Assembly: GCA_050084515.1 (NCBI GenBank)
Contig: CM114271.1
Location: 31,620,001-31,684,000 of the forward strand
From: Blasia pusilla
Taxonomy: Eukaryota
Direction: 5' to 3'
Length of the DNA stretch: 64,000 nucleotides
The first letter of the stretch is position 1. Each line of letters begins with the position of its first letter. Under the pieces are notes generated by a model. The model searched no databases. It had not been told where the DNA came from and saw nothing but the letters and a program-made list of their open reading frames with translations. The translations under genes were made by a program, and so were the position numbers. Positions 28,378 to 41,710 of this stretch are shown here, in pieces.

Positions 28378-28802
28378 TGTGAGAAAACAGAAAGTGACGA
28401 AATCACTAAAATCTTTATAAAACTTAGAGATACAAAGTGGCCTAGTCCGTCTGTACGCTCACACAAGAGCTTCGATGGAACCTGAACATGGAGATAACTC
28501 AACATACGAGAATGCGCTACCGCTGTGGCTCCCGACTATTTCACTACTCGGGAAACTAGGATTTTTACCTAATTTTCTTCATTTCTATTAATAGAAAAAG
28601 TTTGCCGAGGGCTGCGCCCTTGAAGCCTCGCGACGCATATAGGGTTAGATAATCCTAGTAACGCTACTCCTGAAACCACCTACGTCATATTACTATGACT
28701 CCTTCGACGTCTAAGTCGGAACCATCAATCTAGGCTTCTCCTCATACAAGGGGGCCGATCGGATTAATGGTGCTCAGAGAAGTGGATGTTGAGAATTCAA
28801 CA
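28378..28802 (-). mobile_element. 3' LTR of a Ty1/copia element (425 bp)
   Basis: On the minus strand the polypurine tract GAGGGGGGG (28803-28811) immediately precedes TGTTGAATTC ... TTTTCTCACA. It lies downstream of the copia RNase H. Confidence 0.75.
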
Positions 28803-28828
28803 CCCCCCCTCAATATCCACTCTCATGT

Positions 28829-29612
28829 TGTCGTGCGCCTACTCTCCTTGAACGTTAATCTTGTTGTTGCTGAAGCGTGCGTTCAGTAGGTCACGCTCTC
28901 AACGTTGATTTGCATCCAAACACGCACTCTGGTTATTCGGGTCTTGGATCAATCAGAGGGCTAAATTTCCGAGTTCTCGTCTCGGACTCTCATCAAGCTC
29001 AACCTTCCTAGTTTCGCGGTTTACAACACGGGCAAGTCTCGCAAGACTTGGGACAAACTTTTTGGTCGGTTCAGGAACCTCAAACGGCGTTTCTCGCTTG
29101 GCGGTTCCAACTGTCCGATGGACATCCAATGAGTCCCTAACCAAGACTCGCACGAAGTGAATCTCGGGTTAGAATCCAAGTGTGGCGTACAAAGTCCACT
29201 CCCTTGGATCAGGTTTGGGTTTCGAGTTCCAACGCCAAACTCCCGTTCCATCCCGTGCCTCAGAGACGCCGTTTGACGCTCAAATGGGGGATTCGTGTTC
29301 CAAGACATCTTGGAGAGACTCCTCCCTTACTAGTACTTCTGGGGATGTCCGGGGTCCCCCTACCTTTAGGGAAAGACACCCGGGCCTCTCCAATTGGCCC
29401 TCAACCCCATTGCTCTAACAATTGTTTTCGGCCAATATCTCAGTCTATACTTATGCGTTTGCTAAGATCTTTAGTGCGTTGGAAGCGTCTCAAGATAAGC
29501 TTTCCATTGCATCCTTATTTGTTCCAAACTCATCTTGAGACTAAAATTTATGATCCAAAACACAGTAAAATTCCCCAAACGCTAGTCGTGTTCCAAAACT
29601 GGTTCTCACCTC
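28829..29612 (-). mobile_element. Truncated copy of the ~1-kb LTR (family 2)
   Basis: High similarity to 52171-52940 and to the reverse complement of 42355-43130. Has the TGTCGTGCGC terminus. Confidence 0.85.
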
Positions 29613-32600
29613 CTCAAAGCTTTCGTGAAGATGTCTGCACGGTTATCCTCTGTTGGACAATAGACTAACTTCAAAACCTCTCTCTCGATCAATTCACAAA
29701 CAAAATGATTCTGGATCTCTATGGGCTTCGTATGAGCATGAAACACAAGATTATGTGCTATGACAATGCAACTATGATTGTCACACCACATTACAGTAGC
29801 ACTTTCTGGTGCTTCTCCTATGTCCTCCAATATCCATCTCAACCATACTGCTTCACAAGAAGCATAACAAGCTGGCTTGTACTCTGCCTCGGTACGAGAA
29901 AGAGCCACTGTAGTTTGATTCTTGTTTACCCATGACACCACACCTGATCCTACCAAGAAGCAATAACCCGAAACTGATCTCCAAAAATCTGAATCTCCTG
30001 CCCAATCTGAGTCACAAAAAGCTGCCATTTCCATCCCTGTTCCATAGGTGATGTCGTACTCGATAGTGCCTTTGATGTACTTCAACGCACGCATCCCTAT
30101 CTTCCAATGGTTCTCACAAGGCTTAGTTGAGAACCTACTCAAAACTCCCACAGCAAAGCTAATGTCTGGTCTAGTGTTACACAAAAATATCAAACTGCCT
30201 ACAAGCTTTCTGTACAACTTTTCATCTACCAATGGTGAAACATCCTCCATCGAGAGTTTCAACTCTACCTCCATTGGCAAGACCATTGCCTTACACTCGG
30301 TCATCCTGAATGCCTTCAAGATTTCTCTAGCATACTTTTGTTGAGAGAGAAAAATAGAATCTCAGTGTTGCCAAATCTCCAGCCCTATAAAGTAGTGCAA
30401 AATACTTAAATCTGACATTTCAAACTCAGATTTCAACATTCCCTTCATTTCCTCTATTTTCTTACTGTGGTCTCATGTGATGATCAGATCATCCACATAT
30501 AGGACTATCAACATATACCTTCCATCTTCGCAAAACACATATAAATTTGCTTCTAATGGACTCTTGATGAGACGCTTCTCTCAGAAGAATGTATCTATTC
30601 ATTGATACCATACCCTTGGGGCTTGCTTCAACCCATACAATGCTCGATGAAGTAAACACACTTTCTCTTGTGATCTAGGTGTCTCAAAACTTGGTGGTTG
30701 AGATACATACACCTCCTCCTTGAGACTCCCATTCAGAAAGGCAGACTTCACATCGTATTGGCATACATGCCAACGTCTTGTTCTTGCAATCGCTAGAACA
30801 ATTCGAATGGTTGTCATCCTTGCAGTAGGAGCAAAAGTCTCATAGTAGTCGAAACCTTTGATTTGTGAGCATCCTTGTGCAACCAACCTCGTTTTAAATT
30901 TATCCAATGTATCGACCGACTTGTACTTGGTCTTGTACACCCACTTGGTGCGTATTATCTTCCTGTCCTTTGGCTTCTCAACCAAAGTCCAAGTTTCATT
31001 TCTTTGAATAGCGTCCATCTCTATGGCCTCTCTCCATTGAGGATGAGTAAGGGCCTCATCCAAGCATGATGGCTCTTCCACCTTCAAGACCTCTGTCATA
31101 AAGGCCATGTTGACGAGATATGCGGAAGCTCTATTATGCTCCTCTAGTCTCTTGGATCTCCTTGGATGTGTAACATCTTCATCAATTGCTAGTGGATCCT
31201 TACCATCCAAGAGCTGCTTTATCCACCTAGGGTATGACGACCGTAGTGGAAGAGGAGGGTGCTCTTTGTAATCATCACCAAATTCTTCTTCTTGATGATC
31301 TGGTGTAAACATTGGTGGTGTGCTCTAGTGGGTTATCTCTTCGTTTGATGATAATGTGGATGAACCACGGATATCCACCACTTGCGCTTTGGAGTGGCGT
31401 TTGGAAGAGTCTCTTGGAAAAGTAACGAGTTGTGCGTTTCATGCGGAACACAACATCACGACTCACAAGTATCTTCTTTGCCTCAGGACACCATAGGCGA
31501 TAAGATTTAGACTCATCACTGTATCCCATAAAGATGCACTTCCTGCTCTTGGACTCCAGCTTGGTCCTAGATGCTTCAGGAATATATACAAAGCACTCAC
31601 TACCAAAAGTCATGAAATGTTGGACTGATGGTACCTTACTTGAGTATGATTGATGAGGAGTCATGCCTTGCACTGACTTGGTAGCACTTCTATTTAGAAT
31701 GTCTGTCCCAAACCGATGTTGAAAGAAACTAGGAAGGTTGAGCTTGAAGAGAAGTCGAGCGAGAACTCGGAAAGTAATCCGCTGACGTGTTTGGATGCGG
31801 ATCAGCGTTGAGCGTGACCCTGCGCTTCCGCAACAAACAAGATTAACGTTCGGACCAAAATCCTTCTGTCAAACCTTTTGCTTTTATCATACATCTTGCA
31901 ATCTCCACCTTTGTACGGTTTTGACGCTCAAAAACTCCATTTTGTTATGGTGTATGTGCCATGGTTAACTATCGCTTGATTCCATGCTCCCCCTAATATT
32001 TATTGAATTCTGTTGATAAGAATTCTCCTCCTCCATTGGTGCGAAGCTTCTGTACCTTCTTTCCTCTCTCATTCTTAACGAGTTGGCTAGGTAGCAGGCG
32101 GTTGTTTACAAATAGTGAGTGAAGTGTTGTGCCATACTTTAAATTTTCCAAAACCACTTGCCTTATCACCTAAGACTTAAGGAAATACACCCACATCTTC
32201 CTACTATAATCATCACGACCCTCATAACCAAACAACTTCGACAACTAAAAAGAAGTAGGAAGAACCACCTAATGCCACTCTTCTCATTTTACCATAGAGG
32301 TTAGCATGAATAAGCTCTAGAGGAGCCTTTGCTCTATTGCTCGACTCTTGTGGAAATGGTTGTCGGTATTGCTAACCCATCATACAAGCTTCACATGTAT
32401 CCGACACTCCAGAAAATTGTTGGTAAATCAACAACCATGCCAGATTCTGCATCTGACTTAGTAATGGAAAGCTTAGGTGACAAAACCTTTCATGCCACAA
32501 CTTTATCGCTACTAAGATGGTGAGGAACTCATTGGATGTTCATCGGACCTACACTTGTTGCAAAAGCATACAACTCGTAGATATTTCCATGTCGTATACC

Positions 32601-33300
32601 TTCACCCGGTACTTTTCCATTGGCATCCTCAATGACTCCTCCAATTTTCTTGAAACAAACTTCTAGGTCACTTGGAACACACATAATATCTTCTTTGCCT
32701 CAGGACACCATAGGCGATAAGATTTAAATCAAATTTTGCTTCAACTCAAAGCTTGGTAAGATATATACAAGCACTCACTACCAAAAGTCATGAAAACATG
32801 AGTTAACTTCTTTTCATCTCCTTTTTGTGAGACTAAAGAAATTTTGCCTTTCCCTTCTACAGGGCACTTTGCATTATTCCCAACACTAACAATGATGGGC
32901 TCCTATAGATGCTGTAAGGAGCTATACCAATCCTATGATTGGTCATATGCCTAGATGCTCCACTATCAAGCACCCATGCATCTTCACTCTTTGACTTAGT
33001 GGAATGTTCTGCATGTGTGCAAAACTCTTCGATTGCTACCCAAGCATCTACTTCATGTTCTCTTAGTTCTATAGAATTTTCAGACTCCTTAGGTCTTAAA
33101 CAATCGTTTTTCTCATCCTGGCTCCTCTTTCTACAATCTTTGATAAGATGACATAGCTTACCACAATAAAAGCATTTGAAGGCTTTCCTTGGAAATTTCT
33201 TCTTGACATTTGAAGTGTAATCCTGATTTCTACCTCTATGTACATTGGCAGTAAATGCTGCATCAGTTCCCTCTCTTGCTTTGAAGTGAAGGCTTGGATG
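29606..33300 (-). pseudogene. Ty1/copia gag-pol pseudogene (zinc knuckle, protease, integrase, RT, RNase H)
   Basis: CFYCGKLCHLIKDC; WVLDSGAS; integrase tail KLESKSRKCIFMGYS..YRLW; RT motifs KWVYKTK, DYYETFAP, LYGLKQAPRVWY, YVDDLII; RNase H CDSDWAG, ADIFTKAL. Copia domain order, with many stops and frameshifts. Confidence 0.92.
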
Positions 33301-34092
33301 AGACGCGGCCAAGGGGTGAAAACCGGACTTGAGACGCGGGCAGCGTTTGGGAGTTTCCGACTATACTTTTGACCATAACTTTGAGTCCCAAGAAGCGTTT
33401 GGGACAAGTAAGATAGCGTTGGAAAGCTTATGTCAAGCCACTTCTAATGCACCAAAGATCTTTGCAAATTCTTGGGCAGAGGTTGAGATATGGGCCAAAA
33501 CCGCCTGTAAGAGGAGTCGAGTTGAGGGCCAAAAAGAGGGGCCCGAGTGGTCTTTCCCAAAGGTAGGGGGACCCCGGAGTTTCCTAGGAGTACTAGTTAG
33601 GGGGAAGGTCTCCAAGAGTGCTTGGACCTCAAACCCCACTTTGGGCGCTGCGGGGCGACCCAAGGCACGGAACGGATTGTGAGTTTGGTGTTGGGCTTCA
33701 AAACCCAATCCAAGTTTGATAGAGGGATTTCTGAGATCCCTATTGGATTCCAACTTGCAACTCATATCGTTGAGTCTTGGTTAGGGGCTCATGCGAGGTC
33801 CGTTGGACAATTGGGACCGCAAGGCATGCAAATGCCATTTCACGTGCCTTGACTAACCATAAAGTCTGTCCCAAGTCTTAGAAGGCTTGCCCGTGTTGGG
33901 AACCTAGGAATGAGGGAAGGTTGAGCTTGATGAGATGCTGAGTTGAGGACTCGGTGGGTTGGAAGGCCGCTTGACCCAAACCCATACTAACGTGAGTGCA
34001 TTTGGGTGCAGGTTGGCGATGAGAGTGTGTCCTACTGAACATACGCTTCCGCAACACTAAGATTGACGTTCAAGGAGAGTAGGCGCACGACA
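33290..34092 (+). mobile_element. 5'-truncated, diverged family-2 LTR
   Basis: Colinear with 42330-43130. Ends GTTCAAGGAGAGTAGGCGCACGACA directly against the 180-bp array. Confidence 0.8.
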
Positions 34093-36397
34093 TGATGGTT
34101 CGCGTCCAAAAAAGAGTTAGAAATTTTTAGGGTTTTGCTCACAACTTCACTTTGCCTAAAGCTTTTTCAGAGTTTTAGGGCCACCTTGGTGACCATGTTG
34201 GCCAAATTTAAGTTCAAGATGAGAAAGTAGGACAAGATGAAAAATGGAAATACCTTATTTTTGTAGAAGGTCTGATGGTTCAGGTCCAAAAAAGAGTTAG
34301 AATTTTTTAGGGTTTTGCTCACAACTTGATTTTGCCTAAAACTTTGTAAGAGTGCTAGCGCAATCTTGAGGACTATGTTGGACAAATTTCAGCTTAAGAT
34401 GAAAAATCGAAAACCTTATTTGGGTAGAAGGTCTCATGGTTCGGGTCCAAAAAGGAGTTAGACATTTTTGAGCTTTTGCTCACAACTTCATTTTTCTTGA
34501 AACTTGGAAAGAGTCCTAGATGCACCTTTGGGACCATGTTGGCCAAATTTCAGCTCAAGATGACAAATTTGAACAAGATGAAAAATGAAAAAACCTTATT
34601 TTGGTAGGTCTCATGGTTCGCGTCCAAAAAAAGAGTTAGAATTTTTTCTCACAACTTCACTTTGCCTAAAACTTGGTAAGAGTTCTAAGGCCACCTTGGC
34701 AACCATGTTGGCCAAATTTCAGCTCAAGATGACAAAGTTGGACAAGATGAAAAATGGAAAAACTTTATTTTGATAGAAGGTCTAATGGTTCGGGTCCAAA
34801 AAATGGTTAGAAATTTTTAGGGTTTTGCTCACAACTTCATTTTGTCTAAAACTTGGTGAGAGTGCTAGCGCCACCTTGGGGACCATGTTGGGGAAATTGC
34901 AGCTGAAGACAACAAATTTGGACAAGATGAAAAATGGAAAACCTTATTTTGGTAGAAGGTCTTATGGTTCGGGTCCAAAAAGGAGTTAGACATTTTTGAG
35001 CCTTTGCTCATAACTTCATTTTTCTTGAAACTTGGAAAGAGTCCTAGATGCATCTTTGGGACCTTTTTGGCTAAATTTCAACTCAAGATGAAAAATTTGG
35101 ACAAGATGAAAAATGAAAAAACCTTATTTTGGTAGAAGGTCTCATGGTATGCGTCCAAAAAAAGAGTTAGAATTTTTTTTCACAACTTCACTTTGCCTAA
35201 AACTTGGTAAGAGTGCTAAGGCCACCTTGGCAACCATGTTGGCCAAATTTCAGCTCAAGATGACAAAGTTGGACAAGATGAAAAATGGAAAAACCTTATT
35301 TTGGTAGAAGGTCTCATGGTTCGCGTCCAAAAAGGAGTTAGAAATTTTTAGGGTTTTTCTCACAACCTCATTTTGTCTAAAATTTGGTAAGAGTGCTAGC
35401 GCCACCTTAGGGACCATGTTGGAGAAATTTCAGCTCAAGATGACAAAGTTGGATAAGATAAAAAATGGAAAAACCTTATTTTGGTAGAAGGTCTCATGGT
35501 TCGGGTCCAAAAAGGAGTTAGAAATTTTTGAGCTTTTGCTCATAACTTCATTTTGCCTAAAACTTGGCAAGAGTCCTAGATGCACCTTTGGGAACATGTT
35601 GGCCAAATTGCAGCTCAAGATGAAAAAGTTGGACAAGATGAAAAATGACAAAACCTTATTTTTGTAGAAGGTCTCATGGTTCGGATCCAAAAAGGAGTTA
35701 GTAATTTTTGAGTTTTTTCTCACAACTTTATTTTGCATAAAACTTGGCGAGAGTGTCAGGGTCATGTTGGGGAGCATTTTGGAAAAATTTCAGCTCAAGA
35801 TGACAAAGTTGGACAAGATGAAAAATGAAAAAACCTTATTTTGGTAGAAGGTCTGATGGTTCTTGTCCAAAAAGGAGTAAGTAATTTTTGAGTTTTTGCT
35901 GACAACTTCATTTTTCTTGACACTTGGCAAGAGTGCTAGATTCACCTTGGGGACCATGTTGGCCAAATTTTAGCTCAAGATGACAAAGTTGGACAAGATG
36001 AAAAATGAAAAAACCTAATTTTTTTAGAAGGTATGATGGTTTGGGTCTAAAAAGGAGTAAGTAATTTTTGAGCATTTTCTCACAACTCCATTTTTCTGAA
36101 ACTTTGCAAGAGTGCTAAATCCACCTAGGGGACCATGTTGGCGAAATTGCAGCTCAAGATGACAAAGTTGGAGAAGCTGAAAAATGAAAAAACCTTATTT
36201 TGATAGAAGGTCTAATGGTTCAGGTCCAAAAAGGAGTAAGTAATTTTTGAGAATTTTCTCACAACTCCATTTTTCTTGAAACTTGGCAAGAGTGCTAGAT
36301 GCAGCTTAGCGACCATGTTGGCAAAATTGGAGCTCAAGATGATAAAGTTGGACAAGATGAAAAATGAAAAAACCTTATTTTCATAGAAGGTCTGATA
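34093..36397. repeat. 180-bp tandem repeat array, segment 2 (~13 units)
   Basis: The same phase recurs at 35221, 35401, 35581, 35761 and 35941. Variant monomers recur at ~530-bp spacing. Confidence 0.95.
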
Positions 36398-36576
36398 TGT
36401 CACGACTGTTAGGATAGATCGGCGGTATCTAGCAGAGCGTTTGCACAAGTGTATGGATGCCATGAGTTAGCATGGGATCGTGTGTGCTTGTGTGTGTGTT
36501 AGCGGTGTATGTTTTGTAGCGATGTATGTTTTGATAGCGGTGTATGTTTTGTAGCGATGTGTATGCGCACGACAAC

Positions 36577-37087
36577 TCTCACGATTGTTAGGATAGATCG
36601 GTGGGATCTAGCAAAGCGTCTGCACGAGTAGTGGAGGACAAGCCCATGAGATCAAGGCTGACCTGTTGAGGCCCCGATAAATCTGAGAGAGCAGGTTTTC
36701 CCTTCGTTTTGGCTCATTTGGAGCCATATAGAGAAACTTACTATTTCGGGTAAATTTCCATATTGGGGATAGTTGATTTTCCACTTTGGGAAGGGGCCCT
36801 TGACCCGCTACAACAGGTCAAGAGGCAACGAGGTGACCTGCGAGCATAGGTTACCGTTGAGAGGGCTTGGGAGAGGGAAGGGGGTATACCTCCAAGCGAG
36901 AGAGCTTGAGAGCTCATTCTTTCTTTTCTGAACCTCTTGGCATAAGGCGGCGGAGCTGTGGTCCCTTGCCTTGTGAGTGTAACCCAAGCCTCTCATTAGG
37001 AGAGTGGGTTTGGTTTGACATGAGAGAGTGCAAACTTTTGAGAGCTATGGTGTGAGATAGTGTAGAGAGAGATTGGATCTTACTTTA
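36577..37087 (+). repeat. Terminal repeat segment A1 (511 bp)
   Basis: Direct repeat of 47398-47909, highly similar along its whole length. Confidence 0.9.
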
Positions 37088-38749
37088 CAAAGAGAGAATG
37101 AGAGAAAGAGAGAAAGAGAGAAAGAGAGAGTGAGAGAGCTTCATGGGGGAGCTCACCGGTCACTCGCTGTTTTTGCAGGTTGGGGACCGTGTTCCCCGTT
37201 CAGCGGCTCATGGGAGTGCTCACCGGAGCAAGGGCTGCTTTGATTGTTCTTTGCATTTGTTGATTTTTCGTGTGGAAGAGTGGTGCGCGGAAGCGCTGCC
37301 CAATTTCTGATAGGGATTGATTATGGGGGTGGGTTGCCCCATGTCGGCGCTCTTGGGATCACCATGTAGCTTGCTGATTTGTATTTTTATAGGTTTTACA
37401 TTTTTGTTGGGAGAAATCAGCGCGCAAGTGCTGCCAAATTTTGTGTAGGAGAAAGAGACATTGGGCTTTACGACAGTCCCCGTCAGTTTCTACTGGAATG
37501 TCCGATTCTAAATATTTTTTGACATTGTTGTAGATCATGAAGCTTTGCACGCTGTGCAACAAACAATGCATAATTTGGAGTTGCAAGCAAAAATTTATGG
37601 TCAATCTTGCAAAACTGCCATTGCTAGGCGATTTTTAGGGTTAAATTGTTCAAACCCTAAACCAGCCGTGAAGCCGGCGGCGACTGTCGCCGTCATAGTC
37701 ACCATCAACGGTCCGCCGTCAAAGGTCAACTGTCACCATCAATAGTCAACCATCATCGTCACTGGTTGGCCATCACCATCAACGGTCAACCGTCACTGTC
37801 AATGATCCACTGTCCGTTGTCCACCCTTTGGTTGCCATTTCCGCCATTACAGAGTGGAGGGTCTTCCATGACGTTCGTTGATTCTTTGACTTGCGTCGCC
37901 ACCACGTACTTTGTTTTGGCCGCCACCGTCATCGCAGTGTCGTCATTAACCAGTGATGGTAGATGACCTCTGGTTATGGTGTCTGAGTTTTGATTTCATG
38001 CTGCTATGTTGTGATTGGTAGCCGCTCGACGACGATCGAGTACCGTGCCGTGACGCCTGTAGTCGCAACGCGCCACCGATTGCTGCGCCATACCGTGATG
38101 CCCGTAGCCGCAACACGCCATCGATTGCTGCGCCGTGCCGCTCGTGGCCGTACCGCACCGTCTCGATCGTGGAACATCTCCTTCACTAAAGAGCAGAGCG
38201 TGTGAGTTGCTGATTGAGGAGGGTATATCGTCAAGTGCCACACCCCATTCCCGAGTGCCGTGCTGTCTGTAGCAGTTCTGTGCCGCACCGGACCACTCGA
38301 CCTGCATCGCACATCGCGGAGGTTGAGCAGCGTCAGTACGAGAGGAGTACGACTAGCTGATTGGAGGAGTTGTCTTCACGACCGAGGTGGGGTCGAGATT
38401 TGCAGTAGTTGCTGAGGAGCGACATCGACATGTGTTCAAGTAACCCATTCTGGTCCTTTACCCTGCATGTGTGAGGGATTCTGGGATTTGGGTAGTTTAT
38501 TTGGGGATATTGGGTTGTGTGGATGCTGAGAACATCATTCATGTATGTGGTTTAGGGGACATAGACATGTGTGGGATGTCCGGAGTTGAGGGTAGGTTGT
38601 CGATGAGATGATAGCCTAGTCAATTTTCCGCACCACGCCGCGTGTTGCCGTACGCTACACGTCTTGGGGAGGGACAGTGTAGATCGAGTGGCGCATGTTT
38701 GGGATGAGTGATTGAGGGATTACTCATGAGGCTTAGAGTGATTGCGTGA

Positions 38750-41460
38750 GAGGGGCACGAGGGTCATCATGGCATCCATTCGGGACTTTGAGAGGCGAGG
38801 TGGTGAACCCGAGAGTAGCTTTAGAGGTTTTATGCGGAGTAGCATGAGGTTCCAAGGGTCTCCACGTGAGGGACCACCTCGACCTCCTTTTGTGTTATCG
38901 TCAGACGAGGGGGAGGGTGTAGAGGAGTTTGTGAGCATATCGCCACACATTGTGAGTGGTCCTACGAGTTGGGCGTACGAGATGGACGACCGGGGTAGAG
39001 GACCACGTAGGTTTCAGGTGCAGCAGGCACGATTGAGTTGCATGATTTCATAGCAGAGTTTAGAAGTTGGTGCGACTCCCAACGGGCCAGGAACTCTAGA
39101 GAGTTCAACCCATTTACAGCGTGGAATGGTATGTTCCAACATTTAGAGGTGGCGCCATGGACGATTACCATGAGTTCTCTCAGAGATATGCACGTGAGAT
39201 CAAAGCGTGGAGGCTCTACTATGACCTACATTATCTGTCATAGACGGAGCCGTTCCCAGAGGAGGAGGAGGAGGAGTCAGGAGAGGCTACTTCCTCTTCC
39301 ACTACTGACATTTTAGGAGGGGTCACTCGCATTGGAGCAGTTGCATCGTCTAGTCGGGTTCGTCCGATGTTCAACCCTGTGGTTGAGTTCTTTGCTGAGT
39401 TGAGGGCGAGCTACCAAGGGGTACGAACGGAGAAGTTGAGGAGCATCCACGACTTCTAGAGGCGTCCAGGTGAGAGTTTGCGTGAGGCTTACACTCGCTT
39501 GCGCCGGTTGATCAATGTCACTCAGGGGGTGACAGAGGCTCAGGCTATCCAATCATGGTACGCGATGCTGGACCAGACCCTGCGGACACGGGTGCGGGAG
39601 GGATGCTTCTTATGAACACCTCCCCTACGTTGAGAGATTTTTTTAGGACCACCGAGAAAATTGAGCTCAACATGGCGGAGGAGAGCGTAGCCACCATGGG
39701 TTCTAAGCGAGAGCAGTCACGATTGGTTGCACCACTTGTGCAGCAACGCGGACTCCGAGATAGGTCGACTGTGGCACCACGAGCTCAAGGAGTATAGCGA
39801 GAGGCAGTGCCACAGAGACCTGCGCCTTCATATGCGGCTCACCAGCAGCCGCCTACGATTACTTGTTGGTCATGCGGTGGAGCCCATCATCAGCGCGATT
39901 GCACTCGTTAGGGTCATCGATGTGTGCCTCAGCATGGAGGAGGAGGAGGAGATAGTGCTGCACCAGGAGGTTATCAGTGTGACTATGGTCAAAGGTATGG
40001 TCATACATGCACCAGATGTTTCAGCTTACATCCTGACTTACGTCCGGACCGAGGGCCAGAGAGGGCATCAGAGCGAGTAGCCGGTCCGGGTGGGCCTAGA
40101 GATTGTGCACCAGGTGGTCCCATTGGGGGACGAGGAACTGGAGTTTCCTGACAGGGTGGTGGATCTGCCCATGGAGGAGGTAGAGAACCACCACCTAGAT
40201 GCGCCGAGGGAGACGTCGGACGTGAGGCTATGATGGCTGCTCAGATACAGTAGCTATAGGAGCAGATTGCCGCTATGGCATTGAAGTTACCCGATGCCGA
40301 ATCCGTGGCATCAACATCATATGGAGCAGCCAGAGATATGGAGGATCCTGGTTGGATGTGTAGGGTTGCCCAAATGGAGGCCGCCGTAGTTGTGACGCGT
40401 TGAGCAGCTGTAGAGTTGGATCCACAGCGAGGGGAAGCCAGAAAACAGACTAGGCTTCCCCAATCTTTCACATTGTTCAAAGCGATGAGGACCCCATCGA
40501 TGGGTCCTCATCAAAGTTCTTGGAGAGTTGGTGATGTTGTTGGTGTGCAGGCACGGAGGGCGATGGGAGAAGCGAGTGCGATGACTCTTATTGTTGATGC
40601 TTAGGAGGGGCATGTGTCGAGCACGTTGTTGGGGGCGGCCACCGTTGTGTACCGCACTCCTTTATTTTCTACTTTCGATGTTATGACGTTGGGGGGTACG
40701 CCCGCCGAGGCTTTTTGGCTGGCCACTTTACTATGTGAGCACGGAGTTGGAGTTCCTACATCACGTTCAGAGGTGATTGCAGAGGAGGTGATGGACCTGC
40801 CCTTGGAACAGATGCTTAGGCCGTCCACGTCAGATTCATGGCAGGCTCTGGCTGCTAGGATGGCAGGATGCCCGCTAGACCCACGATAGAGCGTGCCATG
40901 GCTTCTCCTGGTGTTGTGTTTTTGGATAACCGAGGAGAGGTCTTCCAACTCGTGAGTCCCGGAGGTAGAGCTTTTAGTCCGCAGCGTGTCTTGTTGGATT
41001 CAAGAGCGCAACCCCTGATGTTGGGGAAAGCGTCATTTAGAGGATTGGGTTTGACGAGAGCGGATGTGGAGCGTTGTCTATTCCGGATACAGACGTCCTT
41101 GGGTGGAGCGAGTACCACATAGTATATCATCCGACAGAAGGTCTTGGTGAGGATTCACCCGGGACATCCTACAGATGAGTCCGTGGTGCGAGTCAAGGAA
41201 ATAGTGATTGATGCAGAGTCCTACGACGTCTTGGTTGGTGGAGCAGTGTTATACCCGATGGGATTTTCCCTGGATTACTGGGAGAAGTCAGCGTCCTATA
41301 GACCAGGATGGCACTCAAGTGATGGGCGCCTTAGCTTATTACCGGTTCGATTCAAAAGTGCAGTGATCGAGCGACGGCCAGGAGAGGTGGCGACTTTAGC
41401 AACATTTAGCAGTGCCATCACTTGGCCTAGTGATTTGATTGAGGGACATGTCCATGCATA
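38750..41460 (+). pseudogene. gag and aspartic protease region of the gypsy element
   Basis: Gag-like core (EKLRSIHDF*RRPGESLREAYTRLRRL, ~39430-39510); zinc knuckle CWSCGGAHHQRDC (~39864-39903); protease VLLDSRAQ (D-S-G-A type, ~40988-41010) and YDVLVG. Many stops. Confidence 0.8.
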
Positions 41461-41710
41461 GGATACTCCCGTTCCTAAAATTTCTATGGAGAGGATTGTT
41501 ATGGTAGCCGCATCATTCCGTGGAGGAGAGGTGCCATTGTGGGGTTTTATTGAGGAGCTTCGACGATTGGCTGATGAGCACGTGCACACAGTGTGGAGCG
41601 AGGCGTTTGCACCAGTGTGTGACGGGTCTGAGGAACCCGAGGTAGCAGGGAGTGCAACGATGACACCCTTGGATACCACACCGATTGTGTGGTGTATCCC
41701 GGAGGAGGAT

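Noticed and set aside
34093-36397. Regular repeats resembling a CRISPR array or a repeat-protein gene
   Set aside because: Whole 180-bp monomers repeat with no unique spacers and no cas genes. The short ORFs are by-products of the satellite.
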